Assembly: GCA_022013205.1 (NCBI GenBank)
Contig: JAKLQT010000223.1
Coordinates: forward strand, 1 to 39,885
DNA length: 39,885 bases
DNA from: Candidatus Omnitrophota bacterium
GTDB lineage: Bacteria > Omnitrophota > Gorgyraeia > B26-G9
Direction: 5' to 3'
How positions within the stretch are numbered: the first letter of the stretch is position 1; each line of letters starts with the position of its first letter. The translations under genes and the position numbers were made by a program. Positions 16,453-26,691 of the stretch are shown here, one piece after another. Under the pieces are notes generated by a model. The model searched no databases, was not told the origin of the DNA, and was given only the letters and a program-made list of their open reading frames with translations.

Positions 16453-19400
16453 TTATTTTTCCGACTCCTGATTCTCTTCATAGTAACTCTGCAAAGCCTT
16501 AGGAGTAATGCTGGTTTTCTGCATTGCTTCTATAGCTCTCACACTGGCAGATGCCGCGGCCATCGAAGTTATATAGGGAATTTTCTGCTGTATAGCCATA
16601 ATCCGGATATAGCTGTCGTCACTTTTTCCACTGCGCCCTACCGGTGTATTTATAATAAGATGAATCTCTTTGTTTTTCAGGGCATCGACAATATTAGGCC
16701 TGCCTTCATGCAGTTTTTTAACCGGGATACTGTCTATACCTTGTTCGCGCAAATATTTACTTGTTCCTTCTGTTGCATACACCTTTAGCCCTAATTCAGC
16801 AAGTTTGCGGGCAATAGGCAAAAGATTTTTCTTGTTTTTATCATCAACTGTCAAAAGGACTCCTCCTTCAATCGGCAGCCTGGCACCGGCAGCTTCTTCT
16901 GCTTTATAAAAAGCAAGATCAAAAGATTCGGCAATCCCCATAACCTCACCTGTTGCTCTCATTTCAGGGCCGAGCAGCGGGTCAACTTCCGGAAACATAT
17001 TAAAAGGAAATACCGCTTCTTTAACACCTACATAAGAAATTTTTTTAGCCCTTAGTTCAGGGAAATCTTTGATCTTTTTTCCCAGCATCAATTGTGTTGC
17101 TATATTAGCGATAGGGAAACCCATAATCTTAGAAACTATAGGTACAGTACGTGAAGCTCTTGGATTTGCCTCTAGGATATATACTTTGTCCTCACAAATC
17201 GCGTATTGAATATTCATCAATCCTTTGACTTCAAGCTCTTTCGCGATCGCCTTTGTATATTTCTCTATAGTTTTAATATGTTTATCTTTTATTGAACAAG
17301 GCGGGATAGCACAGGCTGAATCACCGCTGTGAACTCCGGCAAGTTCAATATGCTCCATTATTGAAGCAACAAATGTGTCTTCTCCGTCACTTAGAGCATC
17401 AACTTCAGCTTCAATCGCGTTTTCAAGAAAACGATCAATAAGCATCGGGTGTTCAGGGCTGAGTTCTATTGCCTCATTAGCGTATTTTATTAACATTAAT
17501 TCATCATAAACAATCTCCATGCCTCTGCCGCCCAAGACAAAAGAAGGCCTGACCATAAGCGGATATCCGAGATCATTCGCGATTTTAAGCGCTTCTTCCA
17601 AAGAACGTGCCGTACCGCTTTGCGGCTGAAGCACATTTAATTTGATCATCTTTTCTCTAAACTTTTCCCTGTCTTCCGCCAGAGCGATACTTTCCGGTGT
17701 TGTCCCCAGGATATTAACTCCATTATCTTTTAACTCCTGCGCGATATTCAAAGGGGTCTGTCCGCCAAACTGAACGATAACACCTTGCGGTTTTTCTTTT
17801 TCATATATAGAGAGAACTTCTTCCACCGTTAAGGGTTCAAAATATAATTTATCGGAAGTGTCATAATCAGTAGAAACAGTCTCCGGATTACAGTTGACCA
17901 TAATTGACTCATATCCTGCATCACGCAGCGCGAATGCCGCGTGCACACAGGTATAATCAAATTCAATCCCCTGCCCGATACGGTTAGGCCCGCCGCCTAA
18001 AATCATGATTTTTTTATTTATTGAAACAGGCACCGAATCTTCCGCGTTATAGGTAGAATAATAATACGCGGCATTATCAACTCCGCTGACAGGAACCGCC
18101 TCATAACACTCTTTTACCCCAAGTTTTATCCGCCTGTTTCTTACCTGCTTTTCTTCAACGCCAAAAAGATTTGCTATATATTTATCACCAAAACCCCATT
18201 GCTTAGCCTTCAGCAACTTCCCATCCGTCAATTTCTTCCAACCAACCGCTATAATTTCTTCTTCCAGATCAACAAGGTCTTTCATCTCCTGTATAAAATA
18301 ACTATTTATATACGTCATCTTATTTAATTCATCAACACTCAGGCCTTTACGCAGTGCTTCATACATAATGAAGATACGTTCACTTGTTGGGTTGGCTAAC
18401 TTTTCTTTTAAACGGTCAAGCGGAAGGGATTTAAAGTTTTTCGCTCCTCCCAAGCCATACCTCTTGATCTCCAGAGATCTTATCGCTTTTTGAAAGGCCT
18501 CCTTAAATGTTTTACCAATGCTCATCACTTCGCCTACTGCCTTCATCTGCGTACCCAGAATATCTAACGCCTGAGGGAATTTTTCAAATGCCCAGCGTGC
18601 GAATTTTATAACCACATATTCTCCGCTGGGTTCATATTTCTCCAGCGTCCCTTTCCTCCAGTAAGGCATCTCATCCATAGTCAAGCCTATGGCAAGTTTT
18701 GTTGATATACGAGCAATAGGAAAACCTGTTGCCTTTGAAGCCAGGGCAGATGAACGCGAAGTCCTGGGATTAATTTCAATAACTAATAAGCGGTCATCTT
18801 TAGGATTATGCGCGAATTGAACATTAGTACCTCCGGTTACCCCAATGGCATCAACAATTCTATATGAATAATCCTGCATGCGGTCTTGTAATTTTTTCGG
18901 TACAGTTAACATCGGAGCCGCGCAAAAACTATCTCCGGTATGCACACCCATGGCATCAATGTTTTCGATAAAACATACCGTAATCTTCTGATTTTTAGCA
19001 TCACGCACAACTTCAAGCTCCAGCTCTTCCCATCCAAAAACAGATTCTTCAACCAGCACCTGGTGCACAAGGCTCGCGTTAAGCCCGCGCCTGACTATTG
19101 TCCTTAGTTCCTCTACATTATACGCGATCCCGCCGCCTGTTCCTCCCATTGTATAAGCCGGACGCAAAACAACAGGATAATTCATTTTTTCCGCGATCTT
19201 CTGGGCTTCTTCCACAGAATGACAGGGGTCAGAAAGCGGCATTTCAATACCGATTTTGTTCATTGTTTCTTTAAAAGCAATCCTGTCTTCACCTCGCTCG
19301 ATAGCGTCAGCTTTTACCCCAATAATTTCTACATTATGTTTTTTTAATACGCCGGAGGCATGAAGTGAAGAGGTAAGATTAAGCGCTGTTTGTCCGCCTA

Positions 19401-19668
19401 AATTAGGAAGCAAAGCATCCGGCTTTTCTATCTCGATGATCTTTTCTATAGTCTCTGCAGTAAGCGGCTCGATATAAGTTTTATCTGCCATGCCAGGGTC
19501 AGTCATTATAGTAGCCGGATTAGAATTTACCAGCACAACCTCATATCCTTCTTCTTTTAATGCTTTACAGGCCTGTGTTCCTGAATAATCAAATTCGCAA
19601 GCTTGCCCGATAATAATCGGCCCTGAACCAATAATCAGAATTTTTTTAATATCCTCTCTGCGCGGCAT
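16453..19668 (-). CDS. carB: Carbamoyl-phosphate synthase large subunit
   Basis: 1071 aa with duplicated ATP-grasp halves (both begin ILIIGSGPIIIGQACEFDYSG / IMILGGGPNRIGQGIEFDY) and a C-terminal MGS-like domain. RBS is AAAGGAG. Confidence 0.95.
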   Translation of the reverse strand: MPRREDIKKILIIGSGPIIIGQACEFDYSGTQACKALKEEGYEVVLVNSNPATIMTDPGMADKTYIEPLTAETIEKIIEIEKPDALLPNLGGQTALNLTSSLHASGVLKKHNVEIIGVKADAIERGEDRIAFKETMNKIGIEMPLSDPCHSVEEAQKIAEKMNYPVVLRPAYTMGGTGGGIAYNVEELRTIVRRGLNASLVHQVLVEESVFGWEELELEVVRDAKNQKITVCFIENIDAMGVHTGDSFCAAPMLTVPKKLQDRMQDYSYRIVDAIGVTGGTNVQFAHNPKDDRLLVIEINPRTSRSSALASKATGFPIARISTKLAIGLTMDEMPYWRKGTLEKYEPSGEYVVIKFARWAFEKFPQALDILGTQMKAVGEVMSIGKTFKEAFQKAIRSLEIKRYGLGGAKNFKSLPLDRLKEKLANPTSERIFIMYEALRKGLSVDELNKMTYINSYFIQEMKDLVDLEEEIIAVGWKKLTDGKLLKAKQWGFGDKYIANLFGVEEKQVRNRRIKLGVKECYEAVPVSGVDNAAYYYSTYNAEDSVPVSINKKIMILGGGPNRIGQGIEFDYTCVHAAFALRDAGYESIMVNCNPETVSTDYDTSDKLYFEPLTVEEVLSIYEKEKPQGVIVQFGGQTPLNIAQELKDNGVNILGTTPESIALAEDREKFREKMIKLNVLQPQSGTARSLEEALKIANDLGYPLMVRPSFVLGGRGMEIVYDELMLIKYANEAIELSPEHPMLIDRFLENAIEAEVDALSDGEDTFVASIMEHIELAGVHSGDSACAIPPCSIKDKHIKTIEKYTKAIAKELEVKGLMNIQYAICEDKVYILEANPRASRTVPIVSKIMGFPIANIATQLMLGKKIKDFPELRAKKISYVGVKEAVFPFNMFPEVDPLLGPEMRATGEVMGIAESFDLAFYKAEEAAGARLPIEGGVLLTVDDKNKKNLLPIARKLAELGLKVYATEGTSKYLREQGIDSIPVKKLHEGRPNIVDALKNKEIHLIINTPVGRSGKSDDSYIRIMAIQQKIPYITSMAAASASVRAIEAMQKTSITPKALQSYYEENQESEK

Positions 19669-19730
19669 AACTTAATGCTCCTTTCCTATCTATCTTTAAG
19701 AAAACTTTTTCAGGTATTCCTGTAAATAAG

Positions 19731-20003
19731 TTACTGAAAAATTACTTTTTTTACCGATTCCATACCATTGACTGCTGCCTGAATGACTTTGCAATTACCG
19801 ATAAGCGGATAGGTCATCGTAACAATTTGAGCTTTGTAGAAAGGATCGGTAAGTATTTCCTGATATCCGGCAAGGCTTGTGTTAAATACTACTTCGCCGA
19901 ATACGGTACCGGCTGTTCCAAAAGAAAATCCGCCCAAAGCCCGTCCGGCCTCTAAAATAATCTTTGCTCTTTTACGGTTATGGGCATATTCTGCGTTATT
20001 CAT
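19731..20003 (-). pseudogene. carA: Truncated carA: only the N-terminal about 75 residues of the CPSase small subunit, no glutaminase domain
   Basis: The 90-aa ORF contains [35 protein letters not shown] (the CarA N-domain signature), then diverges and stops. Only 62 nt remain before the carB ATG, so the GATase domain (about 290 aa) is absent here. Confidence 0.75.
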
Positions 20004-20114
20004 ACAATTATTTATAATTCAATATCTTATTATCGCGTTTTAGGCTTTTTATGTATAGTGGACCCCTAAATAGCGGGTTTGAAGGGTTTACCATAATGGC
20101 AAATATTATAATAT

Positions 20115-20143
20115 AAGCGTCCTATGTTAGGAAGCTTTTTTTT
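20115..20143. terminator. Hairpin plus T8 run between pilM and the carA fragment
   Basis: Sequence aagcgtccta-tgt-taggaagctt forms a 10-bp stem with one mismatch. It is followed by TTTTTTTT on the + strand and only by an AU-rich tract on the minus strand, 33 nt after the pilM stop. Confidence 0.4.
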
Positions 20144-20175
20144 AAATTTTCCAACTGGTATTTTTGGCCTTAATA

Positions 20176-21198
20176 TTATTCCAAAGCCAGCCCCGCGGCT
20201 ATCACTAGGTCCGGCAGGTTATCTTCGAATTCCTGCTGAGAAATATTAGAATCAAGATTAAACCTGCGGTTAAAAGTAAACCTTTTAACTTTTAGCCCTA
20301 AATTGCTTTCCAGCATTTTTTCCAGATTATACAAACGCAGGCTGCCGCCGCTGAAATATACAGCGCTTATTTCCTTACCCATCTCTTTTTTTATATATTG
20401 AAAGGAAATTTTTAACTCATTACATAAATTTTCCAGCACAATATTTACCAATCTATTAATATTTACATCTTCGTCCTGGATATTATACTTTATCGCTTCC
20501 GCGGTAGAATAAGTCAAATGCAATCTTTCTTCAACTATCTGGGTTATATCACGCCCTCCCCACAAAATATCCCGCGCGAATTGAGGGATTCCCTTGTTAA
20601 CTATAACAATATTTGTAAAGTAAGAGCCGATATTTATAAGCGCGGTAATCTTTTTATCTTCATTATGCTGCGTAAAATTAAACGCGTTCATTAATGCTAA
20701 AACATCAACATCTATAAACTGCGGTTCAAGCCCGGCATTTTTAACAATGTTTATACGTTCTTCAATAAAATCCTTTTTTGCCGCTACAAGAAGAACAACT
20801 AACTGCCTACCGCCAGGCCTCGCAATGGTTTCCAATATACGGCAGTCCCAAATGACTTCATTCGCCTTAAATGGGATATATTTATCCAGCTCCAAAAGTA
20901 ACGCCTCTTTTAATTCCGATCTGCGCATAAGAGGCATGCGTATAAATCTATACGAAACATTCGGCCCGCTAACGGCAATATTTACTTTTGTAGAACTTAT
21001 ACCCGTTTTCCTTAGAGTGTTTTTAATGATTCCCGAGATTTGAGCATTTGTCGCTTTTTCAGGGATATTGCTTTTAGCAAATGAAATCTTTTTTTTCTTG
21101 CTGAATTTTTCTGTTTTAAGGCCAACAATCTTGACGCTAAAATTACCGATATCCAAACCCAGGCCGCTTAAGGTATTATTTGGCTTAAAAATATTCAT
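20176..21198 (-). CDS. pilM: Type IV pilus assembly protein PilM (actin-like ATPase fold)
   Basis: 340 aa with GLDIGNFSVKIVGL (phosphate-1) and a later FSGGSLRL motif. The length and pattern fit PilM. Confidence 0.8.
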   Translation of the reverse strand: MNIFKPNNTLSGLGLDIGNFSVKIVGLKTEKFSKKKKISFAKSNIPEKATNAQISGIIKNTLRKTGISSTKVNIAVSGPNVSYRFIRMPLMRRSELKEALLLELDKYIPFKANEVIWDCRILETIARPGGRQLVVLLVAAKKDFIEERINIVKNAGLEPQFIDVDVLALMNAFNFTQHNEDKKITALINIGSYFTNIVIVNKGIPQFARDILWGGRDITQIVEERLHLTYSTAEAIKYNIQDEDVNINRLVNIVLENLCNELKISFQYIKKEMGKEISAVYFSGGSLRLYNLEKMLESNLGLKVKRFTFNRRFNLDSNISQQEFEDNLPDLVIAAGLALE

Positions 21199-21228
21199 TA
21201 TTATCTTTCTAAAAAAATATTCGAAATT

Positions 21229-21852
21229 TTATTGTGTTTTCTCAATGATATCAGGATTATCCAAATACTTCTTGTAATATTGACCTGATTTTTCTCTATC
21301 TTTTAAATTCTTATCATAAATTAACGCTAAATTATAATAGATTTGCCCATCGTCTTGGCCTTTATATAATTTTAACGCCAGATTATACGCCTTTATAGCA
21401 TCTTCATATCTTCCTACTTTCACGTAAAGGCAGCCTAAATTATAATACACATCCTTTTCCCGGGGCGCGTGTTTTAAAATCAACTCAAACTGAGCTATAG
21501 CCGAAATATAGTCCCCCTTCTCATAATATTGATAGCCCAGTTGATAATAAGCTCTTATTTGCCTGTTCTTTGTTTGTTCGCTGTGTTTTAATTTTTTATG
21601 TACGGGAGAGGATTTATTAGCCTTAGAATAACGCTTTTTATTTAGTAAATCAGCATCTGCTGTACTATCATCACTTTTTAACGAGCCGCAATCTATATTA
21701 AGAGACTTTAACAACGCCAAAAATTCCGCCTCTTCTTTATCCAATACTTGCTGCTTTTCTCTAATTACAGGCTCATTTTTCTCAGGCAACTGCCCGGCTC
21801 GGCATAAATTGATTAAAGATAAATAGATAAGTAAAAAAATCGACAAGCGCAT
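21229..21852 (-). CDS. TPR-repeat protein with N-terminal signal/anchor (possible PilF/PilW-like secretin partner)
   Basis: TPR repeats are present (AYYQLGYQYYEKGDYISAIAQFELILK, VYYNLGCLYVKVGRYEDAIKAYNLALK). I prefer the ATG at 21852 (MRLSIFLLIYLSLINLC); the track start at 21921 is GTG. The position after pilQ suggests, but does not prove, a pilotin role. Confidence 0.6.
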   Translation of the reverse strand: MRLSIFLLIYLSLINLCRAGQLPEKNEPVIREKQQVLDKEEAEFLALLKSLNIDCGSLKSDDSTADADLLNKKRYSKANKSSPVHKKLKHSEQTKNRQIRAYYQLGYQYYEKGDYISAIAQFELILKHAPREKDVYYNLGCLYVKVGRYEDAIKAYNLALKLYKGQDDGQIYYNLALIYDKNLKDREKSGQYYKKYLDNPDIIEKTQ

Positions 21853-21958
21853 GAAGAATAGAGCATTACGCCATTTATCCTTAATCTTAAGACTGTTCAA
21901 ACGATACCTCCATGTAATCACCTAAAAAGAAAAAGTTTATATCACAGGCTATCCTGTT

Positions 21959-23440
21959 TTATTTTAACGGACGCAAAGGGAAAGAATCCGCCGTTTCTGT
22001 ATTGCGATCTAAAATATTTTTGCGCTCATCTCTAATCGGATCAAACTTTTCCAAATTTACCTGTTCTCTAGGAGTTAATTGAACCTGATTAATTATAAAC
22101 GGAGTTACAAATATAAGTAATTCCGTATCCGTAGATGAATTGACCGTTTTTCTAAACAATTTGCCGATTAAAGGCAAATCACCTAAAATAGGCGTTTTAT
22201 CTATAGTGTCTGTTTTACTCTTCTTCCGCAATCCGCCAATAATAATCGTTTCACCGCTTTTCACCAGCAGGTTGGTTTCCGCCTTACGGGAATCGATAAT
22301 CGGCTGGTTTTCTATAGTTCCTGTCCTAAAACTCTGCTCGGTTTTTATAGTTAGAGATATAAAGCCGTCAGAACTAATAGTCGGAGTAACTTCAAGCTTT
22401 ATCCCCACATCCTTAAATGAAACTGTGGATGTTATTGATCCTGTTTCTGTGGATATCGTAGATTGAACATACGGAACCTGCTCAATAAGCTCTATTTTTG
22501 CCGTCAATCCATCTAAAGTCATTACCTTAGGATTTGCCAGTACCTCAGCTTTTTGAGTTTGGCTCCAGAAGTCAACAAGCGCGATTAATTCCGTGTTTTT
22601 ATAAATAGTTTTTCCGTATTTTATAATTCCTTCCACCCTGTCGGATCCTAAATTCTGCTGCGCCGACTTATCATTGTCACTATCCGCGTCATCCAATGAA
22701 TCTTTGTCTCCCAAGAGTAAATTTATCCCCAGCTGTTCATCTTCAGTAAGTTTCACATCCAGCATTAAGCCTTCGATTAAAACCTGCGGAGTGCGTTTAT
22801 CAAGTTCTTCTATAACCTTTATCATTTTTTGAATATTTTCCGCGTTATCGGTTATAATTAAACTATTTGTCTTTATATCAACAGAGATTTTTCCCCGTCC
22901 TGATCTCATCGAGTCAAGAGACCCTTTAATATTTTCGACATTGGCAAAATTCAAAAATACCACCTTTGATATTAAAGGGACCGTTGAATCTTCCATCTGC
23001 AATTCATTATATGTCAAAATTCTTAAAAAATTTTCCTCACGGATAGAAGCCAGGTTATATGTTTTTAAAATCATCTCCAGAGCTTTTTCCCAATTAGCGT
23101 TACTAACGCTTATCGAAACCTTACTTTTTACTTGTTCACTGATAACAATATTCAAACCGCTGACACGCGAAAACATTCTCGCAACATCTTTCATATCCAC
23201 ATCTTTTAAATCCAGATCAATTAAATCGCCTTCCTTTATATAAAATCCCGGGATTTTCTCAGATTGAGCAAAAGCCTGCTCAATCATAAAACACCCTTTA
23301 GATTTATTTGCCGTCTGCTTTAATGATACCGCACCAGCAGGGCAATCCGAAACATAATATTGCGGTTTTAATTTACCCATCAAAATTAAAGCCAGCATTA
23401 TCACCGCTAAAACAAATCCTTTATAACGGAATTTCTTCAA
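21959..23440 (-). CDS. pilQ: Type IV pilus / T2SS secretin PilQ
   Basis: 493 aa with a signal peptide, secretin N-domains and a C-terminal secretin core containing the PILGDLPLIGKLFR motif. Confidence 0.88.
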   Translation of the reverse strand: MKKFRYKGFVLAVIMLALILMGKLKPQYYVSDCPAGAVSLKQTANKSKGCFMIEQAFAQSEKIPGFYIKEGDLIDLDLKDVDMKDVARMFSRVSGLNIVISEQVKSKVSISVSNANWEKALEMILKTYNLASIREENFLRILTYNELQMEDSTVPLISKVVFLNFANVENIKGSLDSMRSGRGKISVDIKTNSLIITDNAENIQKMIKVIEELDKRTPQVLIEGLMLDVKLTEDEQLGINLLLGDKDSLDDADSDNDKSAQQNLGSDRVEGIIKYGKTIYKNTELIALVDFWSQTQKAEVLANPKVMTLDGLTAKIELIEQVPYVQSTISTETGSITSTVSFKDVGIKLEVTPTISSDGFISLTIKTEQSFRTGTIENQPIIDSRKAETNLLVKSGETIIIGGLRKKSKTDTIDKTPILGDLPLIGKLFRKTVNSSTDTELLIFVTPFIINQVQLTPREQVNLEKFDPIRDERKNILDRNTETADSFPLRPLK

Positions 23441-23515
23441 TCCTTTTCTCCTTTATATTTTTCTATTAATAAATCTTCTAAAGCCGGCAAGCCATTACAA
23501 AATATCCGCGGCTCT

Positions 23516-23932
23516 TTAAAATTTTTTAGCTTTTTCTTTTTCTATGAAAATTTCAAAACTAAAATTACCATATTTTAAAATCACTTTATCTTTTTTTATC
23601 TCTTCAACCTTTAAATCTTTCCAGGTATCTCCTTTTTGAACAAGTTCAGTATTTATAATCGCGATTGAATCTTCCTTTTTCCAGATAATCCCATTTAATT
23701 TCACGGAATAAGGCAATTTTAATACATCAAAAGATTCTTCCGCTATTTTTCCCTGCTCATTTAACGCGACAAAGGGATCCCTTTCTTCTTCCGTGAATGA
23801 TAACTCGATAGTATTATTCATTATAAGGCAAATTACCGGCAAAAACAATAAAAAACAGGCTTTTTTAACCGTTCCTAACCTGCTAAATTCATGCCGTGCT
23901 GGGATATTAACAATAAATTCATTAAACTTCAT
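23516..23932 (-). CDS. PilP-like / GspC-HR-like pilus assembly protein
   Basis: 138 aa with an N-terminal TM segment and a C-terminal beta-domain pattern (LNGIIWKKEDSIAIINTELVQKGDTW...VEEIKKDKVILKY). It sits between pilO and pilQ. Confidence 0.55.
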   Translation of the reverse strand: MKFNEFIVNIPARHEFSRLGTVKKACFLLFLPVICLIMNNTIELSFTEEERDPFVALNEQGKIAEESFDVLKLPYSVKLNGIIWKKEDSIAIINTELVQKGDTWKDLKVEEIKKDKVILKYGNFSFEIFIEKEKAKKF

Positions 23933-23975
23933 GCGAAAAGCATCCTTTTGTTTTTGATTTTTTAAACTTTATCAC

Positions 23976-24557
23976 TTATATTCTAAGTTTCGCGTTAAAA
24001 ACATTAAAAGTCATTTTTATATCATGAACTGTTGGATTTTTTGAATTTTTTTTAATTTCGAAAGTTTCTATTTTAAACAACTTCTTTGATTCTTCTACTC
24101 TTTTTAAAAATTTTAATAACTTTGGATAACTAGCTCTCATCTTAAAAACAACTGCCATCTGTTTCAAGGAAAACGGAGCATTTTCATAAAAATCATCTAT
24201 TGATTCTGACGATACCGGCTCAATAGAGCCAAATTCCAGCTCTAAATCCCTGCTTATCGCGATAATCTCTTTTACAACCAATGTTATATCTTCTTTAAAA
24301 AAAAGCATATCTGTATAAGACTCATGATATGTACCAGCCTCTTTGATTTCCTGCCTTAAACGCTCGTTCCCCTGGATAGTTTCCTGCCGGCGGGCAAGTT
24401 CTATCTGGCGTTCTTTTACCACGCCTCTTTGCGCCTTAAGCTGTTTAATCTCAGGGGAGATAACCACAAAAAAGAAAATCATAGCCCCAACAATTAGGGC
24501 TAAAACAATACCCAGATATAAATATACCTTCTCCTTATCTTCTAAATAAAAATTCAT
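23976..24557 (-). CDS. pilO: Pilus assembly protein PilO
   Basis: 193 aa with a single TM segment, a coiled-coil and a ferredoxin-like C-terminus. It sits directly after pilN. Confidence 0.65.
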   Translation of the reverse strand: MNFYLEDKEKVYLYLGIVLALIVGAMIFFFVVISPEIKQLKAQRGVVKERQIELARRQETIQGNERLRQEIKEAGTYHESYTDMLFFKEDITLVVKEIIAISRDLELEFGSIEPVSSESIDDFYENAPFSLKQMAVVFKMRASYPKLLKFLKRVEESKKLFKIETFEIKKNSKNPTVHDIKMTFNVFNAKLRI

Positions 24558-24566
24558 ATCTTTTCT

Positions 24567-25193
24567 CTATTCTTTTAAATCCATTTTTATTTTAAAATTT
24601 ATCATATGCTCTTCAGCTTTGCTGCCTTTTCTTAAGTCAAGCATAGTTAAATCCTTAAAGTTTTGATAAAAATCTTTACTTTCCTTGATGTCCTCAATAA
24701 ATCTATTTATTTTTAAAAGTATTTCATCGTCGGTACTCAAAAAACCCACATGAGCGGAAAGCCGCAACGACCTTTTAAATTTCATATTATCATTCAGCTG
24801 CGCCCGGTTATCTTCTTTTTCTAATACTAATTCCTCAAACCACATTTCTATTGGCGTAATTTTAATCAGCTGATTGAATCTTTCCGACCAAAAAATATCC
24901 CGGCTTAAAATCCTGCGTAAAAAAATAACCGCTTCTTCAGCTTCTTTTTTTTGTTCCAGCAAATTACCGCGTTCTTTAACCAATTCTTCCGTAGCTTTCC
25001 ACGAGGCTTCAATTCCTGCCAATTCCACTTTTATTTCATCCAGCTTTGAGCTAAGAACCAGCCGCCATGCCAACAAAAAAACAGTAATTACAACAGCCGC
25101 CAAAATAAGCCTTGCTATTTCAGGCGTTATTATTAAAAACTGCCTGTTTTTTTTTACCTGCAATTCCTCGGGCAAAAGATTTATTAAACGCAT
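24567..25193 (-). CDS. pilN: Pilus assembly protein PilN
   Basis: 208 aa with the N-terminal MRLINLLPEE motif (the PilM-binding peptide typical of PilN), followed by a TM segment and a coiled-coil. Confidence 0.75.
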   Translation of the reverse strand: MRLINLLPEELQVKKNRQFLIITPEIARLILAAVVITVFLLAWRLVLSSKLDEIKVELAGIEASWKATEELVKERGNLLEQKKEAEEAVIFLRRILSRDIFWSERFNQLIKITPIEMWFEELVLEKEDNRAQLNDNMKFKRSLRLSAHVGFLSTDDEILLKINRFIEDIKESKDFYQNFKDLTMLDLRKGSKAEEHMINFKIKMDLKE

Positions 25194-25245
25194 ATTTTTA
25201 ATTTCCTATTTATACACGCGTATTTCTTTTTCTATATAACAAGCC

Positions 25246-26007
25246 TTACTCTATGGTAATCCCGTTCAATTCGACATCTGCGTTCGTGCCTATAGTTACA
25301 GCACCTGAAATAACTGTTGGATAATCCGCGACAGAGCGTGTTATAAAAGAGGGGTCATATCCTCCCCTGATTTTATAACATTGGTATACACCGGGTGAGA
25401 TAAGAATATTTTCCTCTAACTTTGTCATCGTAATGGCTATTTCATCACTATCCTGCGCCTCATCAACCGCCTCTTGCAGAGATGAATACAAAATACTTTG
25501 CGTGAGATTTTTAATCGGATACCAAAGAGCCAACTGCTCTAAAATCTTCTGCGTACCGTCAGATGCCGTTCCTGTAGAGCGCAGGAACATACGCTTATCA
25601 TAAAAATCCCACGGGATAGACCCGCCGGAAGGATCTTTTTGCAGATAATCAATTTCCACAGTATAAAAACCATCCGCTATAGCCTGATTAGCATATAAGG
25701 TATAAAAAGCGTCCGGGGCATTAACATCAGGCGCCGTTACCGCATCTTTATTGATCTGGCCGTCAAGCCAAGAATCACTGTCTAAATACAAATTCAGCAT
25801 CGCCCTTTCTAATCCGGCTTTAGCAAAAAATACCGCCGCCTGCACCTGCTTTTCTTTCTGCAGATTCTTCTGATCATAAAGAGCGAGAAAAGTGTGGCTG
25901 GATAAATAAATCATAACCACAACAATTACTAAAATCACATTAATTAAAATCATGCCGCTATTTGAATTTATTAACGGCTTATATTTAATTGTCTTTTCCG
26001 TTTTCAT
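25246..26007 (-). CDS. PilX/GspK-like minor pseudopilin with beta-helix-cap-like C-terminus
   Basis: 253 aa with an N-terminal hydrophobic helix (SGMILINVILVIVVVM) lacking the G-F-T-L-x-E site. The C-terminus SLQEAVDEAQDSDEIAI...GGYDP...TVISGAVTIGTNADVELNGITIE resembles the first rungs of right-handed beta-helix proteins. Confidence 0.55.
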   Translation of the reverse strand: MKTEKTIKYKPLINSNSGMILINVILVIVVVMIYLSSHTFLALYDQKNLQKEKQVQAAVFFAKAGLERAMLNLYLDSDSWLDGQINKDAVTAPDVNAPDAFYTLYANQAIADGFYTVEIDYLQKDPSGGSIPWDFYDKRMFLRSTGTASDGTQKILEQLALWYPIKNLTQSILYSSLQEAVDEAQDSDEIAITMTKLEENILISPGVYQCYKIRGGYDPSFITRSVADYPTVISGAVTIGTNADVELNGITIE

Positions 26008-26014
26008 CTGTTTT

Positions 26015-26638
26015 TCAGTTTTCCAAATAAACCAAGGCTGTATTCGACAAACTTATATCATGCCTGTCCGGGCCCTGTTTTCGCGCCGTACTTGTAATTT
26101 TTATACTGCCGAAGGGAACAGCTGCATCCAGCATAGGATCCGCAAACTGCAAATCAATAACCCTATATGCTATCTGTTGTTCACTGCCTGCGGCCGGAGA
26201 AAACGCCGCGTCTAAAATATCCCGCAATAAAAATTCACCTGTGGCGTCTAACCGATACCTTATATAATAATCCGCCGTACCGTCTGCACCCCATATTACA
26301 TTATAACCATTATCTAATCCAATTGGTATCTGAAAATAAATAATATCTGAACCATTTATTCCCGCCCCGTCCTGAATAGTAGTTTTTAGCGCTAAATTCG
26401 ATTCTTTCAATTCATTCGATATTGAGGAGATTACCCTCTGATTTTGCCGGTATAAATCTATCTGTATTCGTATCAGCCCGTTATATATATCATTTGTTCT
26501 TAACGCCGAATAAGCTATCCCCATAATAATAGAAAATATACCAAGCGCGACCATCATTTCGGCCAGGGTAAACCCGGTTCTTACTTTTATAAACCGATGC
26601 TTACGGATAACTGAAATCAATTGAAACTGGTCTCCCAT
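26015..26638 (-). CDS. Prepilin-type N-terminal cleavage/methylation domain protein (minor pseudopilin)
   Basis: 207 aa with a leader MGDQFQLISVIRKHRFIKVRTG, then FTLAEMMVALGIFSIIMGIAY (class III signal with Glu at +5). Confidence 0.8.
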   Translation of the reverse strand: MGDQFQLISVIRKHRFIKVRTGFTLAEMMVALGIFSIIMGIAYSALRTNDIYNGLIRIQIDLYRQNQRVISSISNELKESNLALKTTIQDGAGINGSDIIYFQIPIGLDNGYNVIWGADGTADYYIRYRLDATGEFLLRDILDAAFSPAAGSEQQIAYRVIDLQFADPMLDAAVPFGSIKITSTARKQGPDRHDISLSNTALVYLEN

Positions 26639-26691
26639 AATCTTTCTATCCTGCCGATTTAAATTTTCATAACTTTCTATTAATTTTTAAG

